Below are positions 1-11,980 of a stretch of DNA of 64,000 nucleotides, piece by piece. A program made the translations under genes and the position numbers. Within the stretch, counting starts at the first letter, position 1, and every line of letters begins with the position of its first letter. Source of the DNA: Chiloscyllium plagiosum (Eukaryota); NCBI RefSeq assembly GCF_004010195.1, contig NC_057720.1:27527899-27591898 (forward strand), given 5' to 3'. The notes under the pieces were generated by a model. It made no database searches. It was given only the letters and a program-made list of their open reading frames with translations, and was not told where the DNA came from.

Positions 1-372
1 TTTTTCACTGGAGTGTAGGAGGTTAAGGGGTGACCATATAGAAGTTTTTTAAATCATGAGGGGTATAGATAAGGTGAATAGCAACTGTCTTTTCCCAGTT
101 GTGGGAGATTTCAAGGCTAGAAGGCATATTTTTAAGGTGAGAGGCAAAAGATTTTTTTTAAGACATGAGGGGGGACTTTTTTTTTTACAGAGTGGTTCGT
201 GTGTGAAATGAACTTCCAAAGGAAGTGGTGGAATACGGTATAGTTACAATGTTTAAAAAACACTTGAATAACTACACAAATAAGAAAAGTTTAGACTAGC
301 TTAGGTTGGAATTATGATCAGCATGGACCTGTTGGACCAAAGGGTGCATTTCCTTGCTGTATGACTCTATAT
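1..372 (+). mobile_element. CR1-clade LINE 3' end, decayed
   Basis: Resembles the FSLE.RRLRGDL.EV.KIM C-terminus and ends in the ctgtatgactctat tail shared with other copies in the window. Confidence 0.85.
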
Positions 373-1499
373 CCACACATCTCAGGGATGTTCCAGGACA
401 CCAGCCTCGTGCACTCCCCGTCCATGTAAATTGGCTTGTTGCATTTGCCAACCCCTCAACCATCATGACATCTTTCTGTTCCACTGGCAGGGCACTGTAG
501 AAGTACAGACTTGCATCATAGCGTACACCAGCAAATAGCACTGAAAAGCTACTGCAGGGATACCTTGTGAGCCCAGCAGCATGCAGCTAAGAATTGGACC
601 ATGCTGCATCTTAAGGACTGAATGCCTGCTCCATTAATGCTTATCTTCATGTTCACATTGTCCATGCCTTGCCTTGCTGTGCAATTTAGTGCAGTGACGC
701 AACTATGCAGCTTGCCTTACTGGTCAGCAGTCCTCAGTTAAGGTAGCATACATCATGCTTAATGGCAGTATAATACGACAGTCTCATGTCTACTCTGTAT
801 GGCAGCACCTTACTCAACAAAGACACACTATGTGCAGCAAGCAAACGGCCTTGTCTGAAAATTTTGGTGAAGTAGGAGGGAATGGGGGATGACAGCTATG
901 AAGAGGGCAACAGTGTCTGCAAGGGAGGGGGTGGAGAGGAGATATGGTAAAGCATGGATGGGGGGAGGGGGGGTACTTCATTTATGTTTAGGAACAGACT
1001 TGCTTCAAGGAGAGTCAGTGTATGACCACTGGCCGTGATTGGGCTGGGTGGGAAAGATGGGCAGGTGCAGGTTCATGTAAGTAGGTTGGGGAGACCCTGA
1101 GATGTGCAAAGCCTATGGGATTTTGAGGAAGGGCTACCATGAAGGGCATTTGGATCTTTGGGAGACTACTGACATGTATGGGGAGCAGCTGCAAGCCACT
1201 GACTGAGCAGCACTCAGTGTCAAATTCAATCATGCTGTAAAGTATAAAATGAGGAAGAAAAATGCAATGACCCCTGTTGGAGTGGGTGCAGTAAGTGACT
1301 CACCCTGTGAGGGAGAGGACTACAGACATAGACCTGCAGGTTCCCTAATTCCTGGCCATCGTAATGTATTGCCCCTTGTTTGCTGTGCATCTCCCTTTCC
1401 CAGAAATCTCTGACCAATTCATTCATGTCAACACATTTGAACACAAAGACCAGAAAACAGTAGAAATGTTGGAGGACTTGGATACTGAAATGAAGAGTA

Positions 1500-1690
1500 A
1501 ACATTCAAAATTTGATGCAGTACCAAACTTGGAATTGTGGTAAACCTAGACAATAATATCAGTCAATTGTAGCATCACATAGTTAGGATAACAGAATGGG
1601 CAGGTAAGTGTCAGTTGAAATGTAATGCACCCAAGTGTGCAGTAATACATTTTGGTGGAAGAGATAGGAAGAAGCAAAACAGGTTTAAAG
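1500..1690 (+). mobile_element. CR1 RT fragment, decayed
   Basis: Similar to the EWA.KWQ..FN..KC.V.HFG segment of the CR1 at ~27890-27960. Confidence 0.6.
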
Positions 1691-2336
1691 AGTGATATGT
1701 GGCCTACTGATTAGAAAGATTTTATGTTACACTTTAACTGTAGGATTTTAGTCAATTACAGTTATAGATTGCGTTTGAGAGAAGCAATTTAAAGGTTTAT
1801 TGATCCTGTTAGTTACCAGGCCCATTCCAGGTATAGCTATGTCTTCACAAGTTTACAATCTTTATGGAATTTGTTAAGTTTATTATAGAAGTGAAAAATA
1901 AATTATATTTAATAAAAGCAGTGGTTTCTCAGTCAGTCCATTTGGAAACACCAGTAATACTGGATGACTGGGCACAGGTTTCTTTTTCTGTTCTGTTGAC
2001 TGAAGTTGTCCTTCTATCTTCAGTCTTCTTCTCCAATGAATCATAAAAATGACCACATACTGTGGTCCACTGTAACCACTGTGAACCACTACACTCTGCA
2101 TATGTTCAGAAATGTCCTAAACTAATTGGCTTGTCAGTATATGAAGAGTTCATGACCATCTTGGATTGGAGAAACAGTATGCAATGCATCATTCCTGCTT
2201 GTTTTTAAAGAAACCAATGTTCATCTTAGTGGCAACACTTCATATTAAGTCCTGATTCAGTTTTTGACATGCTGATCATTTTGTTTGATTGTCCCTTTTG
2301 TATTGGCTTCTTGCTTATGGTGTACCAACTCCATAT

Positions 2337-2566
2337 GTTGAAACTTTATTGCTGGAACAGCACAGCAGGTCAGGCAGCATCCAGGGAACAGGAGATTCGA
2401 CGTTTCGGGCACAGGCCCTTCTTCAGGAATCTTCAGGATTCCTGAAGAAGGGCCTGTGCCCGAAACGTCGAATCTCCTGTTCCCTGGATGCTGCCTGACC
2501 TGCTGTGCTGTTCCAGCAATAAAGTTTCAACTTTGATCTCCAGCATCTGCAGACCTCACTTTCTCC
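2337..2566. mobile_element. Short palindromic element (family A) with hammerhead core and 14-bp TSD
   Basis: Perfect 95-bp inverted arms at 2337-2431 and 2437-2531; direct repeat TACCAACTCCATAT at 2323-2336 and 2567-2580. Confidence 0.92.
2437..2474 (+). ncRNA. Minimal type I hammerhead ribozyme motif (mirror copy on the - strand at 2394-2431)
   Basis: GATTC-CTGAAGA-A-GGGC-ctgt-GCCC-GAAA-CG-TC-GAATC: 5-bp stem I, intact core, 4-bp stem II and palindromic ACGT stem III. Confidence 0.75.
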
Positions 2567-2762
2567 TACCAACTCCATATATCTATTCCAAGATAAAATG
2601 GCACCAGTAAGCCCATTTATTTATCTGCCAGAGAATGTAATGTGACCTCTTAGTGATTAGCTATCATCCCAACTGTCTCAATTATTGCTTCTAAAAAGAC
2701 TAAGACAACAACAAGACTACAAAATTCACTACAAAACCTAATTCTAAATTAGAATGCATATA

Positions 2763-4512
2763 TTCAGATTGTAAGCTTGCTGGCTGAGCTGGTAGGCTAC
2801 TTCTCAGACATTTCTCCACCATGCTAGGTAACATCATCAGTGAGCCTTCTGTGAGGCACTGGTGTTCTGTCCCACTTTCTATTTATGTGTCTTGGTCTGT
2901 TATGGTGGGTGATATCATTTCCTGTTCTTTTTCTCAGAGACTGGTAATGGGGTCCAAATCGATGTGATTATTGATGAAGTTCTGGTTTGAATGCCAGGCC
3001 TCTAGGAATTCCCATGTGTGTCTTTGTTTGTTTAACCTGTCCTAGGATGGATGTGTTGTCCCAGTCGAAGTGGTGTCCTTCTTCATCGGTGTATAAAGAT
3101 ACTAGTGATAGTTGGTCATGTCATTTGGTGGCTAGTTGGTGCTCATGTATCCTGGTGGCTAGTTTCCTGTCCAATGTAGTGCTTGTTGCAGTCTTTGCAG
3201 GGTATTTTGTATATGACATTCATTTTGCTGGCCCTTGGAACAGGGTCTTTTAGGTTCATCAGTAACTGTTACAGTGTGTTGGTAGGTTTGTGGGCTACTA
3301 TGATGCCAAGGGGTCAGAGTAGTCTGGTCGTCATCTCACGGATGTCTTTGATGTATGGTAGTGTGATTGGAGCCTCCAGGCATCTTGTATCTTCTTGTTT
3401 GGGTTTGTTGTCTAAGAATTGGCGAACTGCTTATTGGGTACCAGTTGTTCTTGAATATGTTGTATAGGTATTTTTCTTCTGCTGCTCATAGTTCCTGGGT
3501 GCTACAATATGTTGTAGCCCATTTAAATAATGACCTGATGCAGCTCTGTTTGTGGGTGTTGGGATAATTGCTCCTGTAGCTGAGTATCTGGTCAGTGTGT
3601 GTGTTGCTTTTCTGTAGACACTGGTCTGCAGTTCTCCACTGACTGTTCATTCTACTGTAACATCTAAGAAGGGGAGTCTGTTGTTTTGTCCCTCTTTGGT
3701 GAAATTTGTGCCAGTAAGGATGTTGAGATTAGAATGGTGCTGGAAACCTGATGAAGGGCTTTTGCCTGAAACGTCGATCTTCCTGCTCCTCGGATGCTGA
3801 CTGACCTGCTGTGCTTTTCCAACACCACTCTAATCAAAACTCTGATTTCCAGTATCTGCAGTCCTCACGTTTGCCCAGTAAGGATGTTGTTAATGTGCCA
3901 TCAACATAGCTGACCCAAAGCTTGGGTTGGATCGTGGGGAGAGCTGTCTGTTCTAGTCTCTGCATAACTGCTTCTGCTAAGAATCCTGATATTGGTGATC
4001 CCAGGGGTGTCTTGTTGATTTGTTTGGAGGTCTTGTTGAAGGTGAAGTGGGTAGTAAGGCACAGGTCTACCAGCTTGAGGATGCTGTTCTTGCAGATGGA
4101 GTTGGTGCTGCCTGGTGTTCGTATCCTGGGTTCATCTAGTAGGGAGGTGAGTGTTTCTTTGGTCAGGCTGATGTTAATTGATGTGAATAGGGCATTACGT
4201 TGAAGGAGACCGTGACTTCGTCCTCTTCTATCTTGGTGATTTTGATGATGTTCAGGAATTCGTGGATGGAGTGGCATGAGTTTTCTATTCAGTATTTAGG
4301 ACTCCATTTACCAACCTCTGAGAGAAAGAACCAGAAATGACATCACCCACCGTAACAGACCACGACACATAAATAGAAAGCAGGACAGAACACCAGTGCT
4401 TCAGCAGAGACTCACTGATGATGTTACCTAGCATGGTGACGATATGTCTGAGAACAAACCTACCAGTTCAGCAAGCAACCTTACAGCCTGAACCTCAACC
4501 TGAGCTACAAAT
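2763..4512 (-). mobile_element. Penelope-like retroelement relic (RT + GIY-YIG endonuclease) with inverted terminal repeat
   Basis: ORF 3834..4277 has PLE-type RT motifs (ALFTSI, TP.GSPISGFLAE, YVDG). The - strand at ~3170-3225 reads NVIYKIPCKDCNKHYIGQ (GIY-YIG). ~2763-2955 is an inverted copy of ~4299-4492. Confidence 0.9.
3726..3874 (+). mobile_element. Family A short element nested in the Penelope relic
   Basis: TSD CCAGTAAGGATGTTG at 3711-3725 and 3875-3889; CTGATGA...GAAACGTC core at 3748-3775. Confidence 0.88.
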
Positions 4513-4869
4513 CTTTTCAAAAATAGCAGAATACCTATATACATTCACAATTATATTCATAGGCTTATTACATATTTTAATTTACAAAACTAAACCATTT
4601 TAAAATATAGCTGTATTCTGAGTAAAAGCTTTTTCCCTCAAAGCAGTCTTAATTGTGTTTGTCTAAGTTTTCATTTACATGGGCCACAAAAGTAACTATA
4701 AGCGCAATACCTTGCTTTTCACCTGAGTCATATGGCTATCTTCCTTACAGAAATGGTAACCACAATTAAAAAATGTATAATGTAATTTGTCATTTGCTTA
4801 TTCAAAATGATTAGTTATTGAAAATTAGTTTAATCCTACAGGTTAATGTTTACAAAATTATGAACATAC

Positions 4870-5790
4870 ATGACATATTGAGAGAATAGTAAGCCATTCA
4901 TTTGGAATTTTGGATCTCATAAGTGAAGGTGTTGAGTACAATGTAGGGAAGTTATGAACCTGTATAACGTGCTTGAGAGGGTACTGGGGCAATTGACGGA
5001 TGTGTTCAGGATTAAGTGAATTTTAGTTACACGGATAAATTGAAGCTGCTGGGCGTGTTCTTGGAGCAAAGATAATTGAGGGAAAACCTGGTAAATGTGG
5101 TTAAGATGATGTCAGGGAGAAAAAAAAACTGTGCCTATTAGCTGATGATACAAGGAATAAGAGGCAATTTTAAGATTTTGGGCGAGAGATGGAGGGGTAT
5201 GGAAGTGAGAAAGAACTTCTACACAGCAAGCAGTCACCACCTGGAATTCACTGCCTTCAAGGGTGGTCCAAATGGGGACAGACAATGATTTGATTTTAAA
5301 ATGAAATAGAGTCATCCTCTATCTCCTACCTTTGAGCTTGTTCTGTATCCAAATGGCTAGTTCTCCCTGTAATCTGTGAGGTCTAACCTTGCTAATCAGT
5401 CTCCCATGGGGAACCTTGTCGAACGTCTTACTGAAGTCCATATAGATCACATCTACCGCTCTGCCCTCATCAATTCTCTTTGTTACTTCCTCAAAAAACT
5501 CAATCAAATTTGTGAGACATGATTTCCCACGCACAAAGCCATGTTGACTATCCCTAATCAGTCCTTGCCTTTCCAAATACATGTACGTCCTGTCCCTCAG
5601 GATCCCCTCCAACAACTTGCCCACCATCGACGTCAGGCTCACTAGTCTATAGTTCCCTGGTTTGTCCTTAAATAGGATAGATATTTGAAGGACATAAAGT
5701 GGGTTATAGTAAGGGAATGAGACTGCCTAGTTTGTTCTGTAGACTGCTAGCATGAACTTATCGGGGAAAAAAAACTCGTTCTGTGCTGTT
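4870..5790. mobile_element. Old + strand CR1 3' end interrupted by a younger - strand CR1 RT fragment (~5310-5670)
   Basis: ORF 5319..5642 has QHGF..GKSCLTNLIEFFEEVT...VDVIYMDFSK.FDKVPH. The flanks resemble a CR1 3' end. Confidence 0.85.
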
Positions 5791-8505
5791 GTGAGTTCAT
5801 TTAAATGTCTTTGTGTTTGGTTTGTGTGCTCCCTTATTGCTTGATCACTTTTCCTCAGTTTGTTGGTAGCTGTTTGTTCACTCTTATCCCAATTTATTTC
5901 ACACTCTTTTCAATAGTTAACCCAACTGTGATTCTTGTGACATCTTGACAATCATAAACATTCTTTTGTCTGATATATTTAGTTTTTAAACTTTATACCA
6001 TACTTTCTACATTTTGGAGTAATTAAGTGTGCCAGGATATCTTACTGAAATCTGTCTGTAGAATTTCTCTTGTCAATGGGTCCATCACTTAGAGTCATAA
6101 AGCATGGAAACAGACCCTTTGGTCCATCTTTGAAGAATTTTAGGTATAATTGCTTCAGAAAGCTCACTTCTACAAATCCACTTTTTTCTTGGTTTGTCAG
6201 TTTGTCTAATTGCTATTTTATACCCTCTCCAAGAATATCTTCTTTTACTTCACCTATGATAAATATTGATTTCAGTGAGCTCTACTTTCCTGGATTCTTG
6301 CTTGTCTGATTTTCTATTCTAGGTCTTGAGTCTGGTTTCTTAACCTCCTATACTTTAATATTCTTGGTTTCACCACTATGTATATGTATCCACAGTTACT
6401 TTACAGTGTAATTATTTTCCTTCTCTTTTATGCTTCCGTTACCATTTGAAATTAATTGTCTATTTGCTGGAACTTCTACTGTTTCTTTCAATTGATTTAA
6501 TGTATTAATAAGCCCTAATATTCAGTATTGTTATTCCTTTAATCCTATTATTGGATATCAACACACCACCCCTCCTATTCTGATTTTACATTAGGTGATT
6601 TAGTATTTACTGAAAGATATAATATTTCAAACATAGCTTTGTATATGTAGGGAACAAATTATACTCTATGTTGAAAGTTGGTATTACATTGGAAACTGAT
6701 TTATGCTAATCTTGCATTTAGAGTCCATCAGTGCTTGCATACTACATGGAAAGAGAAATCCTGTTTCTCAATTGTTCCAACATTTGAGGTTTTTATTCTT
6801 TTATCGGACCATTGGTGTTTGCAAGGCCAGCATTTCTTGACAGTCTCTAATTATATTTGATAAAGTCGGTGGTGAGCTTATTAAATTTACTGGCTGTATG
6901 TTAATTTTTTACAAAGTATTCACCATCAATTTAAATCTCTATGGTAACTGTCAATGATAAGCAGAAAATGCCAAAAGCAATGTCACAAAGACAGAGCAAG
7001 TTTCATTGATGAAATTAACATTCCAATTGTTAAGCATTACCAATTAATCATCATGGAAAAGCACATAACTCTCCTGAAAAATGTTAAGTGCTTTTACATA
7101 TAAAAATGTCTTTCTTCTTTTGGGAGAAAAATTGGCATTTTGAACCAACTTTGCGGCCATTTTCAGATTCAAAGGTGAGAGTAATTTTTAAGGTGGGCTC
7201 TGCATGTAAAATAACTACTAATTAGTTAGAAGGTTTGTCAAGTGGATGATAGATGGATATTTTAATTCAACGCAGGTGTGAAGCAGGCATTTTTGCTGAC
7301 ATCGTGTAATCAGATTCCTGCGCACCTAATTTGTTAAACAACATTGACTGCTCAGTAACTGTGCATCTGAAAACTGATATCCAACTGTTATTTTGCACAA
7401 TCTCTGAACGTAGCAAAACATGGTGATTTAATGCATATAATGCATTTGATCTCTTTGAGAAGCAAGAAATATAACAATTAATGTTAACTGCTAGCTGTTT
7501 TAATTGCAGCATATCGAAGTTCAAAAATATATGCCGTAAAGAATGAGGGATTTTAGTTACAAAACTATGTAAAATGATTTTATAGTTGCTATCTAGTAAA
7601 TGCATCATTATATTCATTCTTCTTAATAATGCAAAATGACTTCACAATAGTGGATGTCCCCAGGCTATGAAAGTGAAAATTAGCCACTCAATCATTATCC
7701 AGTGATAACTGCCAAAAGAGAGTTTATGTGAATGTAAAGTGAGGGCAACATTAAAATCAGCAATGATGGGCTCATTTGTTAAATTGTGTGCAAACATATT
7801 CACTGTCCAAATCGTGAATAAACAATATTACAGAAGCTGCTTTAAATGCATATAAATGTAATACTGTATTAAGGTAAAAATCTTGTTTCTTTTCCTTGGC
7901 TCAGTCTGTTCATCATATTTCTTAGTTCGGTAACCTGAAAAATGGGATATCATTTTACAGTATTCATCATTGACAATTCTAGTCTCAGCAGTTGATTTCA
8001 GATGTTACTTTTTAATTATTGATTAGTTCTCTGTCTCAAATAACTCCAGAGTGGGGAATTTTTTTGCTTATTCATCAGATGTGGGCCAGCATTTATTGTC
8101 CACCCTTAGCTACAGCTCATCGCCACCTGCTGAACTACAGATTGGTAGCAAATGCGGGCCCACGTCCCATGAATGATTTTTTTAAAATTCCTACTTTGAA
8201 GTCATTCCCAGTTATTTGTCTGGGAGAACAAGAACAAATAGAATCGAAAGCAGTGATCCTATAGGTTGAAGGAAGTTAGGAACTTCTGAACTGGAGTTAG
8301 AGTTGTGTTATTTTTAAAGCAGCTACTAGGTCTTTTCAATCGTTTTCAGCTTTGTCTGACATTGAGAATCTTTGCCTTAATTCCAACGTGATAATTTTTT
8401 GAGGTATTTTTGATTTTTTTTGGGAGGGGATGTACATATCTAATGTGTAATTTTTTTGAAGGAAATTGCCATCGTTGTTGAAAGTTTGATAGTACACACC
8501 ACAAG

Positions 8506-8712
8506 GCTGAAAGATGTGTTGCTGGAAAAGCGCAGCCGGTCAGGCAGCATCAAAGGGGCAGGAGAATCGACGTTTCAGGCATAAGCCTGAAGAAGGGCTT
8601 ATGCCCGAAACGTCGATTCTCCTGCTCCTTTGATGCTGCCTGACCTGCTGTGCTTTTCTTCCAATACATTTTTCAGCTCTGATCTCCAGCATCTGCAGAC
8701 CTCACTTTCTGC
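8506..8712. mobile_element. Family A palindromic element with 16-bp TSD
   Basis: TAGTACACACCACAAG at 8490-8505 and 8713-8728; imperfect inverted arms; CTGAAGA..GAAACGTC at 8587-8614. Confidence 0.9.
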
Positions 8713-8834
8713 TAGTACACACCACAAGTCTGTTAAGCACATGATGAAAGAAATACGAAGTATGTATAAAGTTTTACAAGTTCTTAATAAACCTGAAGAA
8801 TTTTTTCCAGTAATAACTATATATTTTCTCACAG

Positions 8835-9028
8835 TGCCTAGTGCACCACCACGGAAAGTAGAAGCAGAGTCAGTGAACTCAACTACAATCAAAGTAACGT
8901 GGAAACCTCCAATATCAAGCAAGCAACATGGACTGATACGGGGATACCAGGTCACCTATGTGCGTTTGGATAAAGGGGAACCACAGGGACAACCAATAAT
9001 TAAAGATGTGATGCTAGCAGAAGAACAA
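8835..9028 (+). CDS. PTPRF: PTPRF/LAR exon: FNIII repeat 5, N-terminal part ([13 protein letters not shown]...[11 protein letters not shown])
   Basis: ttttctcacAG acceptor and GTAAGC donor; 194 nt, phase 1 to 0. The translation closely resembles LAR FN5 as I recall it ([17 protein letters not shown]). Confidence 0.95.
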
Positions 9029-9439
9029 GTAAGCATAGTTATTTGTTCATAGTTGAGTTATCAAAAATTACTGATCATAGAGGAAGAAGAAAGAAATTGC
9101 CCTTTATTATGATTTATGTTTCTAAAGTATAAAATGATAAATGAAAAACAAATTGTCTGAAATGTATTCTTCTCAAAACTTATTAATATTTTTATTACAA
9201 TATGCTTTGTTGGTGTGCATTGATTTGTGGAGTTTGTGCTTGATATAATGTGGTATCCTGATAATGACAATATCAGTTGTATCTGTAATCATCCAGCACA
9301 GATATTTATTTGAACTGATCTAGCACAAAGTTTATTGATTATAATTCACATTATGACTTCTAATTATTTCACTACATCCTTGAAAAATTGTATTTCAAAC
9401 ATGCCACATTGTTCTCTCTGCCATAATCTATTTCATTGT

Positions 9440-10130
9440 AGGGAGTTCCAGGATTTTGATCCAGCAACACTGAAGGAAGAGTTATATATTTCCAAGTGAG
9501 GATGGTGTGAGACTTGAACTGGAACTTTCAGGTTGTGGTGTTCCTATGCAGTCCCTGCCTTTGTCCTTCCAGATAGTAGTGTTCATGGGTTTGAAAGGTG
9601 CTGTCTAAAAAGCCTTGGAGAATTTCTGTGGTGTATCTTCTGGATGGGGGACATTTCTGCTGTTAAGCACCAGTGGTGGAGAGAGTGAATGATTGTGGAA
9701 ATGATACCAGTCAAGCAGGCTGCTTTGTCCTGGATAGTGTCAAGCATCCTGAGTAGTTTAGAGCTGTGCTTATTCAGGAAAACATTCTATCACCCTCTTG
9801 ACTTGTGACTAATAGATGATGGGCAGCTTTGAGGAGTCAGGAGGTGAGTTACTTGTTGAAAGGTTCCTAACCTCTACCTTTCTCTTGTAGCCACAGTACA
9901 CATTTGGCTAGTCCAGTTGAGTTTCTGGTCAACGGTAACCCCCAGGATGATGATAGTGGGAGATTTAGTGATATAATGCCATTGAATATCAGGGATGATG
10001 GTCTGAAATGTTGGAAATGGTCATCATCTGGCAAGAATCTTACTTGTCACTTTTCAGCCCAAATTTGATTTTTATTCAGGTCTTGCTAATATCTGAAGAG
10101 TTATGAATAATGCTGAACATTATGCAGTCC
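9440..10130 (-). mobile_element. Second CR1/L2-clade LINE family, decayed 3' part
   Basis: The reverse complement matches 44700-44790 and 47875-47945 (atcctgacttggaaatatatc...gctgggtcaaaatcctgg). Confidence 0.7.
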
Positions 10131-11953
10131 TAAGCCACATTCACACTTTACCAGGCTTGTATCCTCCTGATGTCCCTTGCTATGTACTTGTTCACCATAT
10201 TTCAGTTTCTTTCCACCTGCAAAGTTGAAATTATGCTTTACGTTAATATGAACAGTGGCCCTAAAACTGACCCCTGGAGAACACAGTTGTATAGGTGACA
10301 GTGGCTGAACGTTGATGAAAATTGAATTACTTTTAATTGTTCAATATTGCAACGTTCTCATGGGAACATGCCTTACAATATGTTTACAGGCAATTGCAAC
10401 CTTGAAGCATGTCATGCGGGCAAAACTTAAGCTGTCTCTTCTTATCCCCTCTCATATTGATAGAGAAAAATATGTTTCTGTTACGGTGCAGAGATTTCTG
10501 ACTTCCTTGATATATCTCTAGATGGTGCTAATATTGCTTATTGCAGCCTAAATTAGCCTCTGACAGAGAGTTGAGTGACCATGATCATGAAAGCTATGGG
10601 CAGTGCTATTTAATACATGGCTTGAAGCTGGTGACATAACTCAGTACCATCCTCATTAGAAAGTTGAGGGAGGAGAAATGTTGCATGATCATGGCCGCCT
10701 GCTGGATATCATGCTCCTCCTCACTCTCCTGGCACATTGCCCTACTTTGTAGAAGTTTCCTTCATGCTCAATTCCCTGATGCAGGCAACAGACTCGAGGC
10801 TTGGATAATTTGTGAAGGCTGCCAACACATCTGTCAAGGGAAACAGTTTCTATCCTATCCTCTATCAAAAACTCCTTAATATTTTGAACATTTCTGTGTG
10901 TATCTAATAAGAATTAAATAGTTCTGGTATCAACCTCTCTGTGGCTTAGCTATATCCTTTTATCCAACTTCAAAAATACTTATTCACCACTACTTCTGCT
11001 TCTTTACCAGCCACACATCTGAATTACTTTCTGCAGTTGATTACTTAAATCTCCATTATGCATCGCATATTAAATTTGCCTTCTTATTGCTAAGAACAGC
11101 AGGAAATCGATGTTGAACATCACGGTGATCACTGGATTGCCTTATTTATAAATGTACCTGATATGATTCATCCTGGTGCAAAGCTTTAGTTAAGGTCTGT
11201 CTAAATTTGATGCCCTGCAGCAATTATTTATTCATAAACTGAGTCAAAATCTTATTGCATTTTGTGTAACAATAAGCATTTTCCTTGTATTGACTAAAAT
11301 TCCATTGTGCTTGAGATGACCAGTTGGTTATTGTCTCCTGTATTTATAACTATATATGTTGCAATTTCAAGAATAATTTTAGTCATTATGAAATTAATGA
11401 ATAATAACATATAATGCATAACAAGTGCATATCATTAAAAGAAATGTTTAAATTAGCAGAAAAAAATTGAAGGTGGCTGTGACATTGTGATTGTATGCTC
11501 TTCTAGATATGGGTTGATGGGGAGATTTAACAGTATATCATTTGTGGGTCTGTTTGTGTGTAAAACTTCCAGATTTTTTATCTGTACCATGTCATTGAAT
11601 TGGCATTAGATGACTTGAAGTATGAGACATGAAATAATTGTTACATGGCAGCCAAAAGCTGCGTCCTATAAAAAGTAACTGTTAAACAACGTGTAAGCAG
11701 CAGGTATTAACGAGAGCAAATCCCAAAGACTACTGCTGTGAATGCAGATGGCTGAACCTTCTAGTTTGTGCAAATAAGTAATAAACTATACTAATCGCTG
11801 TGCAATGTAGTCTGAAAGTTGCTATTTTAAAATATGTTTCTTGTTATTTTCTCTGTTCATAGTTAGCATGTATCCTTACTAATCTAGTCCAGATTGCCTT
11901 TCCTCTAAACCCTCTTTCTAATTGTCTTTATTTTCCCCAAACCCATCGTTCAG

Positions 11954-11980
11954 TGGGAGTCTGAGGACACCCAGGAATAT
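11954..11980 (+). CDS. PTPRF: 27-nt microexon meC/LASE-c (WESEDTQEY) within FN5
   Basis: Long pyrimidine tract with branch-like TACTAAT (~11877), CAG acceptor and GTGAGT donor; phase 0-0. It encodes a 9-aa W.......Y peptide at the position of the mammalian LAR meC insert (WRPEESEDY). Confidence 0.92.

Noticed and set aside
380..1450. Possible decayed DNA transposon
   Set aside because: GC-richer segment, but I could not identify terminal repeats or a convincing protein motif.
8630..8834. N-terminal extension of ORF 8630..9052
   Set aside because: Derived from a repeat and intron; homology starts at the AG acceptor at 8833-8834.
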